Of a stretch of DNA of 64,000 nucleotides, positions 12,325-24,589 are shown one piece after another; the stretch's first letter is position 1; every line of letters begins with the position of its first letter. The notes under the pieces are model-generated. The model was not told the DNA's origin and did no database searches. It saw only the letters and a list, made by a program, of their open reading frames with translations. This stretch comes from Takakia lepidozioides (Eukaryota > Plantae > Bryophyta), in contig CM060732.1 of assembly GCA_030704615.1 (NCBI GenBank), positions 36,022,001 through 36,086,000 of the forward strand. Direction: 5' to 3'. The position numbers were made by a program, and so were the translations under genes.

Positions 12325-15300
12325 ATGGGGTCGGGCAAGCCGAAGCGAAAGCGGAACGGCCCAAAAGATGATGATCCCGGTGAGCCCGATGGGGGCGACG
12401 TGTCACCGAGGCGACCGTTTGAGGAAGCGATTAATGTTTCCGAAAACGAGGCCGCTCAGGAGCGGGAGGAATCCGAGGAGTCGGAGCCCGAGGAATCTTT
12501 GAGAGCTCCGACAAACCAAGAGATGCCTCCCATGCCGGCAGCCTTTTGGGAAGGGTTGTTGGCGCAGTTTGGCGGGACGTTGAAAGACGTGTTGAAGGCG
12601 GCTAATGCCACTCCACCAAGGCAAAGTTTAAGGTGAAGCCTAAGGAACCCGGCACCTTCGAGGGCGTTCGAAACCGGAAGGCACTCAACACCTGGCTCCT
12701 GGAGCTAGAGCAGTACTTCCGGGCGGCCAAGTTGAGTGACGAGGATCGGGTGGAAGTGGCTCCCACCTATTTGAGGGGCTATGCTCAACAATGGTGGCAG
12801 AAACGCCTTCACGACCGAGGCCCAAGCCCGGAAACCTTGAACTGGAGTGAGTTCAAGGAATTGATGAAGAGACAGTTTGTGCCCCTCAACGCATCCTGGC
12901 TTGCCCGGGACAAGATGAGGAATTTGAAGCAAACAGATGACATTCGGGGGTATGTCCAGGCTTTCAATGTGCTGTTGCTCGAAGTCGCGGACATGGCAGA
13001 ACCAGAAATGGTCTTCAACTTTGTGGCGGGACTGGCCCCATGGGCTAGGCGGAAGTTGGAGGAGAAGCCACCCAAGACTTTGAACGAGGCAATTGAGAGA
13101 GCTGAATGTTTCTCGGATGTCCCTAGGGGTGAGAGACAAGGCCGTACGGAGCTGAACCACAAGAAGACCCGGCGGGAAGGTGACTCCTCCCGACCGGAAA
13201 AGAAGTGGGATAGGCCACGCGGCGAAAATGGCACGTGGAAATCGAAGGGAGGTCCTTCACACGTCAAGGCGGCACCCGGTGCTTCGAAAGGAAAAGCGGG
13301 TGGAGCGACTTATGGCGGACAGAAGGCGACCTTTGATGGAGTGTGTTTCAATTGCGGGGAGCCCGGGCACATGGCCAAGAAGTGCACGAAGCCCCGGCAA
13401 TTGAACATGACTCGGGCGACCACGGAGCTGTCGGAAGATACCATCAGTCGCTTGGTGGAAGCGGTGGTCGCCAGGACTTGCAAGGTAGGCAAATTTTCTT
13501 GTGAGTTGTATCAGGAAACTGGCGCCTTACGAAAAGGGAGTCAGTTATTGTTCGTGGAGGGGATAATATCCGGAACTAATGTGTCGTTGTTGGTGGTGGG
13601 CGGCCTCTATTGAGGTGTGCTCTGCCAAAGGAGAACCTCAGTTGGCGACAAGGTTGGCGTTTGATGTTCCTCTTCAACTGGGGAGTTGGGAGGGACGTGA
13701 GAACTTCACTATCTGCGAGATCGATGGAGTGGATCTCATTTTGGGAATGACCTTTTTGAGCAAATCCGGAGCGGTCATAGATGGCCGCAAGAGAGTAGTC
13801 ACGCTGCCATGTGGGAATGGTGGCGAGGTTTTACGAGTGTCGGAAACGCCCAAATCCGTGGGAGGGCGAATAAACCTTCTATCAGCAAAGGAGTGGGCCG
13901 TGGAGGAGACACACGAGTCCCAGTTTTTGCTTTACATTAGAGAAGTGAAAGGAGAAGGCGATGGGGAGCCGAGCCCAGATTGGATCAAGGGGATTTTGGA
14001 GAAATACCAGGATGTGATGCCGGAGGATTTACCAAGCGGCTTGCCACCGCGAAGAGGAGTTGACCACAAAATTGAGGTGATACCGGGAACGGAACCGCCT
14101 GCCAAGGCGCCCTACCGGTTGAGCCACAAAGAGTTGGTCGAGCTGAAGACTCAGCTCAAAGATCTAATGTCAAAGGGGTACATCCGGCCGAGTAAGTCAC
14201 CTTACGGAGCCCCGGTGCTATTTGCAGACAAGAAAGATGGGACGCTGCGGATGTGTGTCGATTACAGGGCTCTGAATAAGGTGACTATCAAAAACCGGTA
14301 CCCTTTGCCAAGGATCGACGACCTTTTCGATCGGTTGGCAGGAGCGAAGTATTTCAGCCGGATCGACTTGCGCTCCGGCTATCACCAAATTCGGGTGGCG
14401 GAAGGAGATGAGGAGAAGACCGCGTGCAGGACAAGGTATGGTTCATATGAGTTCTTGGTGATGCCTTTTGGGCTCACCAATGCACCAGCGACATTTAGCA
14501 CGCTGATGAACAGCCTTTTCCAGGAGTGGTTGGATGACTTTGTGATCGTGTACATCGACGACATCTTGGTGTACTCGAAAACAAAGGAGGAGCACCTGGA
14601 GCACCTAAAAGGGTGTTCCAAAAATTGCGAGAAGGGAAGCTGTATGCCAAAGCTTCAAAGTGCGAATTCGGGGTCACAAAAGTGGAGTTCTTGGGGCACG
14701 TGATTACACAGGATGGGATCAAAATGGATGACAGAAAGGTGAGGGCGATCTTGGACTGGGAGCCTCCGACTTCGGTCCCGGGAGTGCGATCCTTCCTAGG
14801 ACTCGCCTCCTATTACCGGAAGTATGTGAGAAATTTCGCCAAGATCGCGGGGCCGCTGTCGGACCTTCTGTGTAAATCCAAAGTCTGGGTATGGAACACA
14901 TTTTGTGGCCAAGCTTTTGCTGAATTGAAGCAGCGGATGACGGAAGCTCCAGTCTTAAAAATCCCGGAGTTCGATCGTCCGTTTGAGATTCATACAGATG
15001 CATCGGACTTCGCAATTGGGGGTGTACTTATGCAAGATGGACGTCCAGTGGCTTACGAAAGTAAGAAACTGAATGAAGTGGAGCGACGGTGGCCGACGCA
15101 CGAAAAAGAGATGAAGGCGGTGGTACATTGCCTTGAACTCTGGCGCCACTATGTTGGTTCCAACCCAGTGAAGGTGTTCACGGACAATGTCACGGTGAAG
15201 TATTTTGCCACGCAGCCCAAGTTGTCCCCAAAACAACTTAGGTGGCAAGATACTTTGGCAGTGTTCGACGTGGATATCCAGTACAAACCGGGACGGGACA

Positions 15301-16817
15301 ATGTGGTGGCCGATGCTTTAAGTAGAAAGCAGCAGCTCTTGTTGGTGTACAAGGGCGAGACGGCGCTCCAAAGGAAGATCCGGAAGGCTTGCCGGAAGGA
15401 TGAGCTGGCAAAGTGCGTGATGCAGAACTTAAGAATGGGGGTTAAATCGCAGTTCCACTTGCAAAACGGACTGCTCCGGTATAAGCAAAAACGTCTCTAT
15501 GTGCCAAAGGGAGGGATCAGGGATAGTCTCTTGAGAGAATGCCATGATAGCCCGCTTGCGGGCCACGGTGGAGCCAAGCGCACTGCGGCACTCTTGAAGA
15601 AAGAGTATTTCTGGCCCAAACTGAGGGAGGAGGCAGAGGAGTATGTTAAGACATGCACCACATGCCAACAAAACCGGAGCGAGTATAAAAAGCAAGCGGG
15701 GCTGTTACAACCCTTGCCGATTCCAGAGGGGACTTGGGAAAGCGTCTCGATGGATTTCATGACTGCTATGCCGCTGTCAAAAGGATTCGATGCAATCATG
15801 GTGGTGGTAGATAGGTTCAGTAAAATGGCCCATTTCATCCCCACCAAGGAGACGGCAACTGCGCAGGAGACAGGGCGACTTTACTTCGCCCACGTCTTAA
15901 AGCATCATGGAGTCCCGAAGGATATTGTCTCGGACCGCGATCCAAAGTTTACGAGTAAATTCTGGAGAGCACTTTGGAAGAAGATGGGGACGAGGCTGAA
16001 GATGAGCACCGCCTTCCGACCTACGACGGACGGCCAAACGGAAAGAGTGAATTCCGTAGTGAAGCAATTCTTGCGGAATTACGTGTCGGCAGACCAATCA
16101 GACTGGATGGAACACTTAGACGCGGCAGAGTTCTGTTATAATAACACAGAACACTCCGCGACGGGAGTTTCCCCTTTTGTGTTGGTCTATGGAAAAGCAC
16201 CTCTGGTGCCGACAAGTTGGGCCGCCCAGGACGTTGAGGAACCGGCAGTAGCGGCGGTACTGGAAGAACGCGAGCGTTTGTTGAAGCTCGCAAAGTACAA
16301 CATTGCCAAAGCTAGGAAACGGTATGAAAGGCAGGCGAATCGGAAGCGGAGGGAAGTGAAGTTTGAGGCAGGCACAGAGGTCTGGTTGAACATCAAGAAT
16401 TTTCGACTACCTCCGGAAATGAGTCCGAAGTTCGTACCTCCGTATGCGGGTCCCTTTCGCATTCGGAGGGTTATGAATGAGGATGTGTATGAATTGGAGC
16501 TGCCAGCAAACAGCAAGGTGCACCCAGTATTCCATGTCTCCCTTTTGAAGCCTTACTTCAAAGATGAAGCACGTCCGAATCGGCAGCAAGTGTTGCGTCC
16601 GCCACCTATGCTGTTGGATCATGAAAATGAACCCGAGTACGAGGTGGAGGCAATACTTAAGTCGAGGAGGTTCAAGAACCGAGAAACGGAGTATCTCGTC
16701 AAATGGAAGGGCTATCATCTTGTGGAGGCATCTTGGGTGCGTGCCTCAGAAATGGGAAACGCATCCGAGGCAGTTGCAGCGTTCGAAGGGCGACCTCAAA
16801 AGCGGAAGAAGCGTTGA
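12325..16817 (+). CDS. Chromovirus gag-pol polyprotein, frame broken at ~12630, ~13590 and ~14610
   Basis: gag with [14 protein letters not shown]; RT ([16 protein letters not shown]); RH ([12 protein letters not shown]); INT ([29 protein letters not shown]); chromodomain EYEVEAIL...[12 protein letters not shown]. Confidence 0.92.
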
Positions 16818-17722
16818 TGGGGACATCAACCTTGGAGCGTGGGGGAGGAAATGCATGCTTAGCCCGGTTTAGCTAGCTCAGGAATCCGATTGCAAAACTT
16901 GTATTGTACAAAAATTTGTGATAAAGGAAATGGGTTCCAAATATTGTGCGTCCTATTGTGTTTGGAATGGCGATGCATGGTGTGGTTGGCTGGTGTGTAG
17001 AATGCATGCTAGCTTACAAAAGTGGGAGAGGTAAATTGGGTTAATCGTGTGTTTGCGCAGTGCCGAAATCGGGTGACTCCCATCCAAGGGGCAAGGAAAC
17101 TTGCGCCTTATTTGGGAGTTCAAGTGCTAGTGCGCACCTGGCGCGTGCGCGTACTATAACTGCGCTACCGAGGGGGTTGCCTTGTAGTGCGGGCTAACGC
17201 GGAAGCTACGTGCTTCCGTTCACGTACTATAATCGTGTAGCCTCGGGACGAAGTCGTAGTGCGGCTTCGGCGTGTTCCCGTACCTCAGGCCAGCATTCCA
17301 AGGCGGACCCAATTGTAGTGATTGGGGCGCACGGTTGGTTCAAGGTTATCTTCCTAGTCAAAGAGGGTTCCAGGTGAACCCTTGCTCAAGGTGATGCCAA
17401 AAGCGGCATCATGAGCGATCGCAAGCAATGTTGTTGCAGTAAGGCGATTCGATCCTCGGGGAGGATCGTTCCTTGGCCTTGAAGTAGGCCAAGAAGAGTG
17501 CACTGGGAGGAGCTGGAGAGGCTCCACCCTTGGCCGGGACTTGGAGGAAGTCGGCCGAACTAGCTAGTGGAGAGTGGAGTCAAGTGTGGGGTTTGGTTCT
17601 TTGCCATGGGACGCCATGGTACGGAAACAAACTCCTTGATGTGGGACGCCACAACTTGGATGTTCGTTTCTACAAAATGGACAAGTCGATGAGGACATCG
17701 ACTCCCTGTTGGTAGGGGTGTG

Positions 17723-18447
17723 TGTCGCGGCCCTTTGCCTTGAGAGCAGGGGGGTCGGGACACATGAGGGGCTGCCCCTGTGGTGGGGGCAGCGGCAGCG
17801 ATAGGTATGGGGGCTGAAGCACCCTTAAGTGCCCAAGGCACCCAAGGAGGCGGAGGCGCTCACTAGGTGGAGCCCCGCACACCGGGTTGCGGTGGAGGTG
17901 GCTCCACAAGGGGTGGTGGTAGCTTAGTGGGACTTAGTGGGGGTGGCATAGGACTCACCATGGGGTGGAGACCTCGAGGTGGGAGTCGTGGGGAGTCTTG
18001 GGACTCATCACGGTCCATTGGGGCCGCGGTGAGTGGGCCAAGACTCACCGCGACTCACCACCGGGAGTCGAGGGTTTTCGTGGTGGTTCGCCATAAAATG
18101 GCATGGCTGGTTATGAAACCCCCGCGGACAGCTACAGAAGTATATATAGGGAGTAGTAACCCCGAGAACGGTGCAAGCCCGTTGGTGACCAAAAACTAGT
18201 GAGTAAGCGAGCGAGCCGGAAAGCGACCAAAGAGTGGGGAGCTGTTCCGGACTGCCATCTACCAAAGGGAATTCTCCTAGTCCCAAATAGGTGGAGGGTT
18301 TAGAGGGAAGCGGAAGGGGACCGTTATGTCCCGGTGAGCAGCCGAAACTCCAAGTTGGCCCGGCGGCCAGGTTGGGAGTCAGGCGCGCGCATCAAAAGCG
18401 AGTAACTATGACTTGAAGGGGAGTTTACCGAATTGAGGTGTGCGACA
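17723..18447 (+). repeat. 3' LTR of chromovirus
   Basis: Direct repeat of 11543-12269, followed by TSD CAAAG. Confidence 0.97.
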
Positions 18448-19979
18448 CAAAGCCCAGGGAAGGACAGAGAGGATCTCAATTTCAGAGGTCACTTCCTTCA
18501 TTCTCAGGCCAACAACAGTCGAGTGTGACATGTTGGGATTGTGGAGGACCCCATGTTAAGAGAGATTGCCCGGAGAGAGGCAAAGGGCCGGCACAGGCAC
18601 AACCTATACAACTACAGTGTGGGCATTGTGGCAAGTATGGGCATGAAGAGGCCCATTGTTATGACTTGCATCCTGAGCTACGGCCAGGCCAGTTCCAAAG
18701 GAACAATGGTGGCCGAGGACGCGGCAATGTAGTCCAGAGAGGTAGAGGAGGCAGAGGTCGTGGTGGAGGACGTAACCAAAACCAAGGAGCACAGGGTCAG
18801 GGTCAAGGTCATGACCAAGGCATGGTGGATAGACTTGCCCAGGTAGAGCAATGTCTTGCTGCCATGGACACTACTCATGTTGCGCCAGCTCCAAGGCTTG
18901 AGGTTCAAGCCCCACCTACACAACCTCCTATGCCTAGGGAAGACCAGATTGGTATGGGCTTCATGTTTTGAGCCACACTTGCAGGACCATTGCATGTGGA
19001 CTCTGCAGCTGCTGTCACTTGAGCAGTAACGCGTGCTCCTAAGCCAAGAGGAGCGGATGTGAATTTTGATCCACAAAGAGAGGAAGCAAGTCGGCAGACA
19101 AGGCTTCCACAGTCTTTCACATTGGCTGATACAGTGCCAACTATGCCATCGATGACACCCGCTCGCCCAAATGTGTCAGAAATAGAGCCACGAGTGTCAT
19201 TGGGGAGAGTTGGTGTGGCTCGGGAAATGCTAGTGGATGGTGCAGCAAAGCAAGGTGCAGCCAGTACATTGTTGGGGGCGGCTACGGCAATTTGCCAAGC
19301 TCCATTGTTTTCTGCCACGACAATTGCAATGCCGGGGATGCGGCCAGCTGCAGTGTTTAGACTGGCAGCTAGACTCTGTGAGAGTGGTGATGCATCGGCA
19401 CTATCTGCGGGGATAGCGGATCAGGTGCAGTGCATGGATACCTTGGATTCAAGGGTGAAAACAGCCACAACTGCGCCATGACAAGCGGCAGCTACAAGGT
19501 TGCAGGAGTTGCCAGCTAGACCAGCCATTGAGCATAGTATGCTGACTCCTGGGGTAATCCTGGTGGACAATCAGGATGGTGTGTTTCAGTTGGGTGGCCC
19601 AGCCGGGAAGAGGTATAGGCCACTGCGGGTCTTGATGGAGTCGGGAGCACAGCCATTGATGTTGGGGAGAGCAGCAATTGCAGGCTTGGGCCTTACAGAG
19701 GCGGATTTGGAGCCTTGTCCTTTCCAAATTCAAACATCTTTGGGCGGTTTAGAGAAGGCACGAGGGATTACACGCCATGAGCTCTTCATTCGATTGCAGC
19801 CAGATCATCCTACATATGGCTCTGTCATGAGAGCTAAAGCCATTGTTACGGACGCGATGTCTTATGATGTGCTTGTTGGTGGGGCTGTGAGTTTTCATCA
19901 TGGAGGTGCCACCAGTTGCTGAGGAGAGTGCCGGTACGAGCACCAGCGATACTAGTGGGTATACAAGACGAGGTATTCT

Positions 19980-20352
19980 TGTAGTGATAATGGAAGTGAA
20001 CACACAATGGAAACACTCCACTCATGAATCCACTCAAATCACATAAATTAAGTCAAACCAATGATATCTTTGCTAAATGAATCCACCCTACAAAGCCCTC
20101 ACCACACTCCCTCTCAATACCTAGAGCTATGGAGGTGGGAGAGGCTCATTGAGGCTCAACTACAAGAAGAGGAGCCCTCCTCAACACTCACAAGGGGAAA
20201 ACCCATCCCATGTCCCAAGTGAGGTTTGACACCTCACTTGGCATGTGAGACCAAATGAAGTCCCAACACACAAAATACAAATATAAATATCCAAAATGTC
20301 CTAGTTAACTAGAAGTAGGTAATTATAGTTAACCATGACTAAAACCATGACA
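19980..20352 (-). mobile_element. Probable solo LTR of an unrelated family
   Basis: Minus strand begins TGTCATGG and ends CACTACA; internal hairpin ccaagtgaggt/acctcacttgg. No matching TSD. Confidence 0.55.
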
Positions 20353-20563
20353 AGAGTCTAATCTATAAAGTACCCTATGGAGGAATTGAAGCTCAGTCAT
20401 AAAGACTTTGCCCACTGCAACATAGGGTGGCCTGCAACACCACACCACCCAACATGCACCAAAAACCAACCAGGAAACAAAATTTATTGTGAAGCAAGAT
20501 TAGTCCATTCTAACAAAGCAAAAATGTATATTGCGCCAATAAAGACATATCAAAATTCATGAA

Positions 20564-20667
20564 CATTGTTTGCAGACATCATTCAGTAGGCTGTACAGGC
20601 AAACATTAGGGTGATGCCTAATGTACAGGCAAACAATGGTTCACCCTAATGATGTCTGCAAATAATG
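20564..20667. repeat. ~100-bp foldback / MITE-like element
   Basis: 20-bp TIRs cattgtttgcagacatcatt / aatgatgtctgcaaataatg (19/20); internal direct repeat tgtacaggcaaaca x2. Confidence 0.65.
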
Positions 20668-20889
20668 AACGAATGATGTATGTTCATTCCTCGAATGCAA
20701 GGTTCAAGATGTATGCTGACTACGGCGAAACCTAACTACTTGCAGGTGGAAGTGGTGGGCACCTCCACCATAGCTAGGGTGCGGGCTGGCTACTCACACC
20801 CCAATCATCCTCAATATGTGGCCCGTCCATGCGGGCTAGGGCAGCCACTGGATGGCGCCACATGTCTGCCTAGTGGAGAACATGTTGCG

Positions 20890-22259
20890 ACACCCTTGTC
20901 AACCTGTATGTTAAGTGCCGGAACATCAGGGATGCTCACCAAGTGTTCAACAAAATGCCTCAATGATCTTTGATCACGTGGAATATTATGTTGAAAGGAT
21001 TTACCAAGCATAGGTGTGGTAGGAATGTTTTGGAGACATATGAGCAAATGATGTGCGAAGCGGTGAAGCCCAACGTGATGCTTGCTTGGATGACCTCAAA
21101 GGTCTACCCACTCTCGGCACTAGACTGAAATTTAAACTCAGGGCAGGAAGTCTACCTTTGGAGACCTATGAGAAAATGATGGGGGAACTAACCACATCAC
21201 AAGGCATTTCACCAGATTCAGATATGTATGTCTGTCTCTTGCTTAAGTGCATCAAGATGGAAGGGCTGGAAGCTGGAAAACATGTGCATACTCACATCAT
21301 CCAAAGTGGATTCACGTCAAATGTTTTTCTACTCAACACCCTTGTCAACATGTATGTTATGTGCGGGAGCATCATTGATGCTCACCAAGTGTTCAACAGA
21401 ATGCCTCAACGATCTTTGATCACGTGGAATATAATGTTGGCAGGATGCAATGCGTGTCCAAGCCTGCAAGCTCTGGAAAAGGGAAAAGAGGTCCATGGTG
21501 ACATCATCAACGCTGGAATTGTACCAGATGTCATTCTGAACACTCCCCTGGTGGACATGTATGCCAAATGTGGGTGCATTAAGGATGCGAAGGGAGTTTC
21601 CATGGCTGAACGAGATGTGGTGTCGTGGAGTGCGATGCTTGCAGGGTATGCACAGCAGGGACGTGGTATGGAGGCTTTGGAGACCTATGATCAAATGATG
21701 GGGGAAGGGGTGAAGCCCGACCACATCACGTTTGTGTACATTTGCAATGCGTGTGCAAGCCTGTCAGCTCTGGAAAAGGGCAAAGAGGTCCATGGCGACA
21801 TTGTTAGATTTGCAACTGTATCAAATGTCATTCTGAACAATACCCTCGTGGACATGTATAAAGGGAGTGTTCGACGGTATGGCTGAACGAGATGTGCTGT
21901 CGTGGAATGCGATGATTGCAGGATATACACAGCAAGGGCGCGGGATGGAGGCTTTAGAGACCTATGAGCAAATGATGTGCGAAGGGGTGAAGCCCGCGCT
22001 TTGCATTGCATGATGTTGAGGAAGAGCTTAAAGAATCGTCTCTTTGCCACCACAATGAGAAGCTGGCCATTGTTTTTGGGCTTATCAACACACCCTCTGG
22101 GATGTCTTTGGGATCATCAGGAATCTTCGGATGTGTGGTGATTGCCACACAGCCACCAAATTCATCTCAAAGATAGCTAAGCAAGAGATTGTTGTACGAG
22201 ATGCAAACCGCTTTCACCACTTCCAAAATGGTGTTTGTTCTTGTGGGGAGTACTGGTGA
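20890..22259 (+). pseudogene. Scrambled, internally deleted PLS-PPR-DYW pseudogene
   Basis: PPR motifs (NTLVNMYVMCGSIIDAHQVF, DVVSWSAMLAGYAQQG) with deletions, a LINE insert (21085-21160) and a DYW tail (HHNEKLA...NLRMCGDCH...[15 protein letters not shown]). Confidence 0.88.
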
Positions 22260-22729
22260 AATGAAATGGTTGTCACCTAATTGAATGTATTGAACTCTGT
22301 CAGCTACGAGTCAGGTTGGACTCCTACAGTGGCAGCAAAGGCGCACGAAATCTCTTTTTGGAGAGGAATTCTCAACAGTAGGTTTTGAACATAATTGGAC
22401 CTTGCGAAGGTTGAAACTATAGAACAAGTTCAGAAACTGTCCTAGTTGATGAACAGAGGTGCAGTGACTAGGTCTTGATGATCTTCAAGAGGGTCACTCT
22501 CTGATGAAAATACCCAGGACTGCATATCATAAAATGGAAACTTTCTTCAGGCCTCTTGCACATCGGGGATTGACAATGTCCCTTTCCTCTCTGCATCTGA
22601 TTATTGTTCAAAGTGAGATTCCACAGCAAGTTTTATCGAGGGCAAACAGATTTTTTTAATTAATTAATTAGATTTTATTCTATTTTTAAATGAATAAACT
22701 TGATATAATATAAAAACATATATATACAT

Positions 22730-22953
22730 ATTTGAGGGTATTTTTAATTATTGAAAAGAGAAATATACATACACTAGGGGGTATTTTTTTTAAATTACAA
22801 ATTTCTATATATTTATAGGAGGGGGTTTTATAATCTTCAAAATGTATGTACAGAGGGGGTATAAATTATCCAAGGACCCGTATACAGGGGTTTTTTTAAT
22901 TAGGCGGCGAACGCACGTGTTACGGACATTTTATAAATAGTGCACCCCCCAGG
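22730..22953. mobile_element. Terminus A of an unclassified DNA transposon
   Basis: Ends acgcacgtg...gtgcaccccccagg with repeated AGGGGGT subterminal motifs; abuts the Gypsy RT at GGTTATCA. Confidence 0.65.
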
Positions 22954-24552
22954 TGATAACCTGATCGTAAGTCCAATGTGTTAAACACCTTCGCATGCCC
23001 AATGGCATCAAAGATTTCCTCTAGAGCCTGACACGGCATATCTATCGGACTTAGTCTGATGGTTCACATGACAATAGTCCCCACACATCCTTGTTTCTGT
23101 CCAATTGCCATAGATATCCTTCTTAGCTGGCATCACCGTTGCCGAGGCATACTCCCCGCCTGACAACTCCACCAATCCAGCTTCAAACAACTCCATAGTC
23201 CATGACTAGATCAAAGACCTCTCCATATCACTATACCTGTAGGGCCTTGGCGTATCACTTGTCAAATCAATACGAATCTTTTGGCCCTTCAAACTTCCGA
23301 AATCCTTCAAACCGAACGCAAAGCAATTTCTATAAGCCCTTAGAAATCGCTAAATCCTCCGTCTCTCTCCTCCGGTGACTGGAGGTCCAACATCTAGTTC
23401 CCAATTGTCCTCAGTGACTGCAACCTTGGGTACAACGGGCTTGGAGATAGGAGACGCATCATTTGGTTGCTAGATAGCAACCTCTCAAGGGCCTTATCTC
23501 CCCACCCTGACTGTAACGTAGCCTTCACTTGCTCCGCCATAGCCACCTTGAGAACATCTTTTGAGCAAGAAACATTCTCAACCTCTTCAAAAACCTTAGT
23601 TATCTTGGCCTCCAATTGATCCTCAGTGTATGGCTCTCCCCACTCCTCATACTGCTGCTTGAGAGATCCAATGACTCTTTTTTTGTGCATCTCATCCCAC
23701 ATCTGTCATGGCTGTTTGCATCCCATGATCTTGTGCTTGCCTCCACCGTCTCGGTTGGCAGAGATGGTGCAATATCCAATGGAAGTGCAGAAATAGCCAC
23801 CAATGCTTGCAATCTCCGTTGCTCAGCCATGCACAAACCAATGACCCATGTCAAGCAATTGAGATCCATTGTCTAACCCAACACATGGCGTCGTGATGCC
23901 TCTGACAGAGCTGGCACAGCTGTAGTGCCCATAGCAAACCCCATTTCCCGCTCTCACTCATCCGCACTAGGTTCCACCAATTGCTGTAGCACATTGTCCC
24001 AAATCAACCCTGGACCATTGTCTCGAAAAGCATGAGATGAGGGAAAACTCATGAGTGTAAGCAAGGCCGCACGTGGTTGCCACACTCGATTGATTCGCCA
24101 AAGGTGGACGATCATCATGTCGCACTCTCTGTGGTTACCTCCCTTGGTCTGAAATGCCCTCAACCGTGAGGCTGGGTGGCCGTTGAATGGAATCATAGGC
24201 TCTCTTGAGCAACGCTAGTGGTGCAGATTGGTCCACCACAACCTAGGCCTATGTGCCCGTGAACCCACTGCAGCTGTATCCAACAATAAAGCTGGTCCAA
24301 TCCATGACCGGATCTGATGTTCACTGGCCCTAACCCTGGCCCGAGAATCCCCCATGAGAGGAACATTCTCCAGGATGTAAGCTGGAGGTTACATTTGCCT
24401 CACCTGCAAGTCACGCAACATTTGCAGCATCTCCCAAAACAGATGCGATCGTGCATCATGCAAACCATTACCATGACCTACGGGAGAATGTCCTTGGCAA
24501 GGCCACCCTCCTAACATCAAGTCAATGGGATCATGCCAATCCAAATCCTCCC
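22954..24552 (-). mobile_element. Second copy of the DNMT-Gypsy: DNMT3-like catalytic domain (motifs IV-X), linker and RT N-terminus
   Basis: Minus-strand translation: PIDLMLGGWPCQGHS, GLHDARSHLFWE, YILENVP, LDTAAVGSRAHRPRLWWTNL, EPSADE*EREMGF, RRHVLG*TMDLN. Colinear with 10279-9240 into RT (MCGDY, LDLRSGYH). Confidence 0.9.
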
Positions 24553-24589
24553 ATTTTCGCCAAAACCTGAGGAAGAATGACGAGCCTGG

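Larger units (their letters stand above)
11543..18447 (+). mobile_element. Young full-length Ty3/Gypsy chromovirus (Galadriel-like)
   Basis: LTRs 11543-12269 and 17723-18447 (TGTCGC...GCGACA), 5-bp TSD CAAAG (11538-11542, 18448-18452), tRNA-iMet PBS, purine-rich tract before 17723, gag-RT-RH-INT-chromodomain. Confidence 0.97.
10281..19885 (+). mobile_element. Degenerate gag-protease half of a Ty3/Gypsy element (probably the DNMT/PHD family), interrupted by the nested chromovirus
   Basis: gag from ATG ~10526 (YSGGVGTIELDDFIQEFDSWCD, FQRKPAESLREAYTRM). Reads V-Q-T-K-P-R across the CAAAG TSD into two zinc knuckles (CWDCGGPHVKRDC, CGHCGKYGHEEAHC) and a protease-like RVLMESGAQPLMLG...YDVLVGG. Several in-frame TGA stops. 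Confidence 0.8.
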
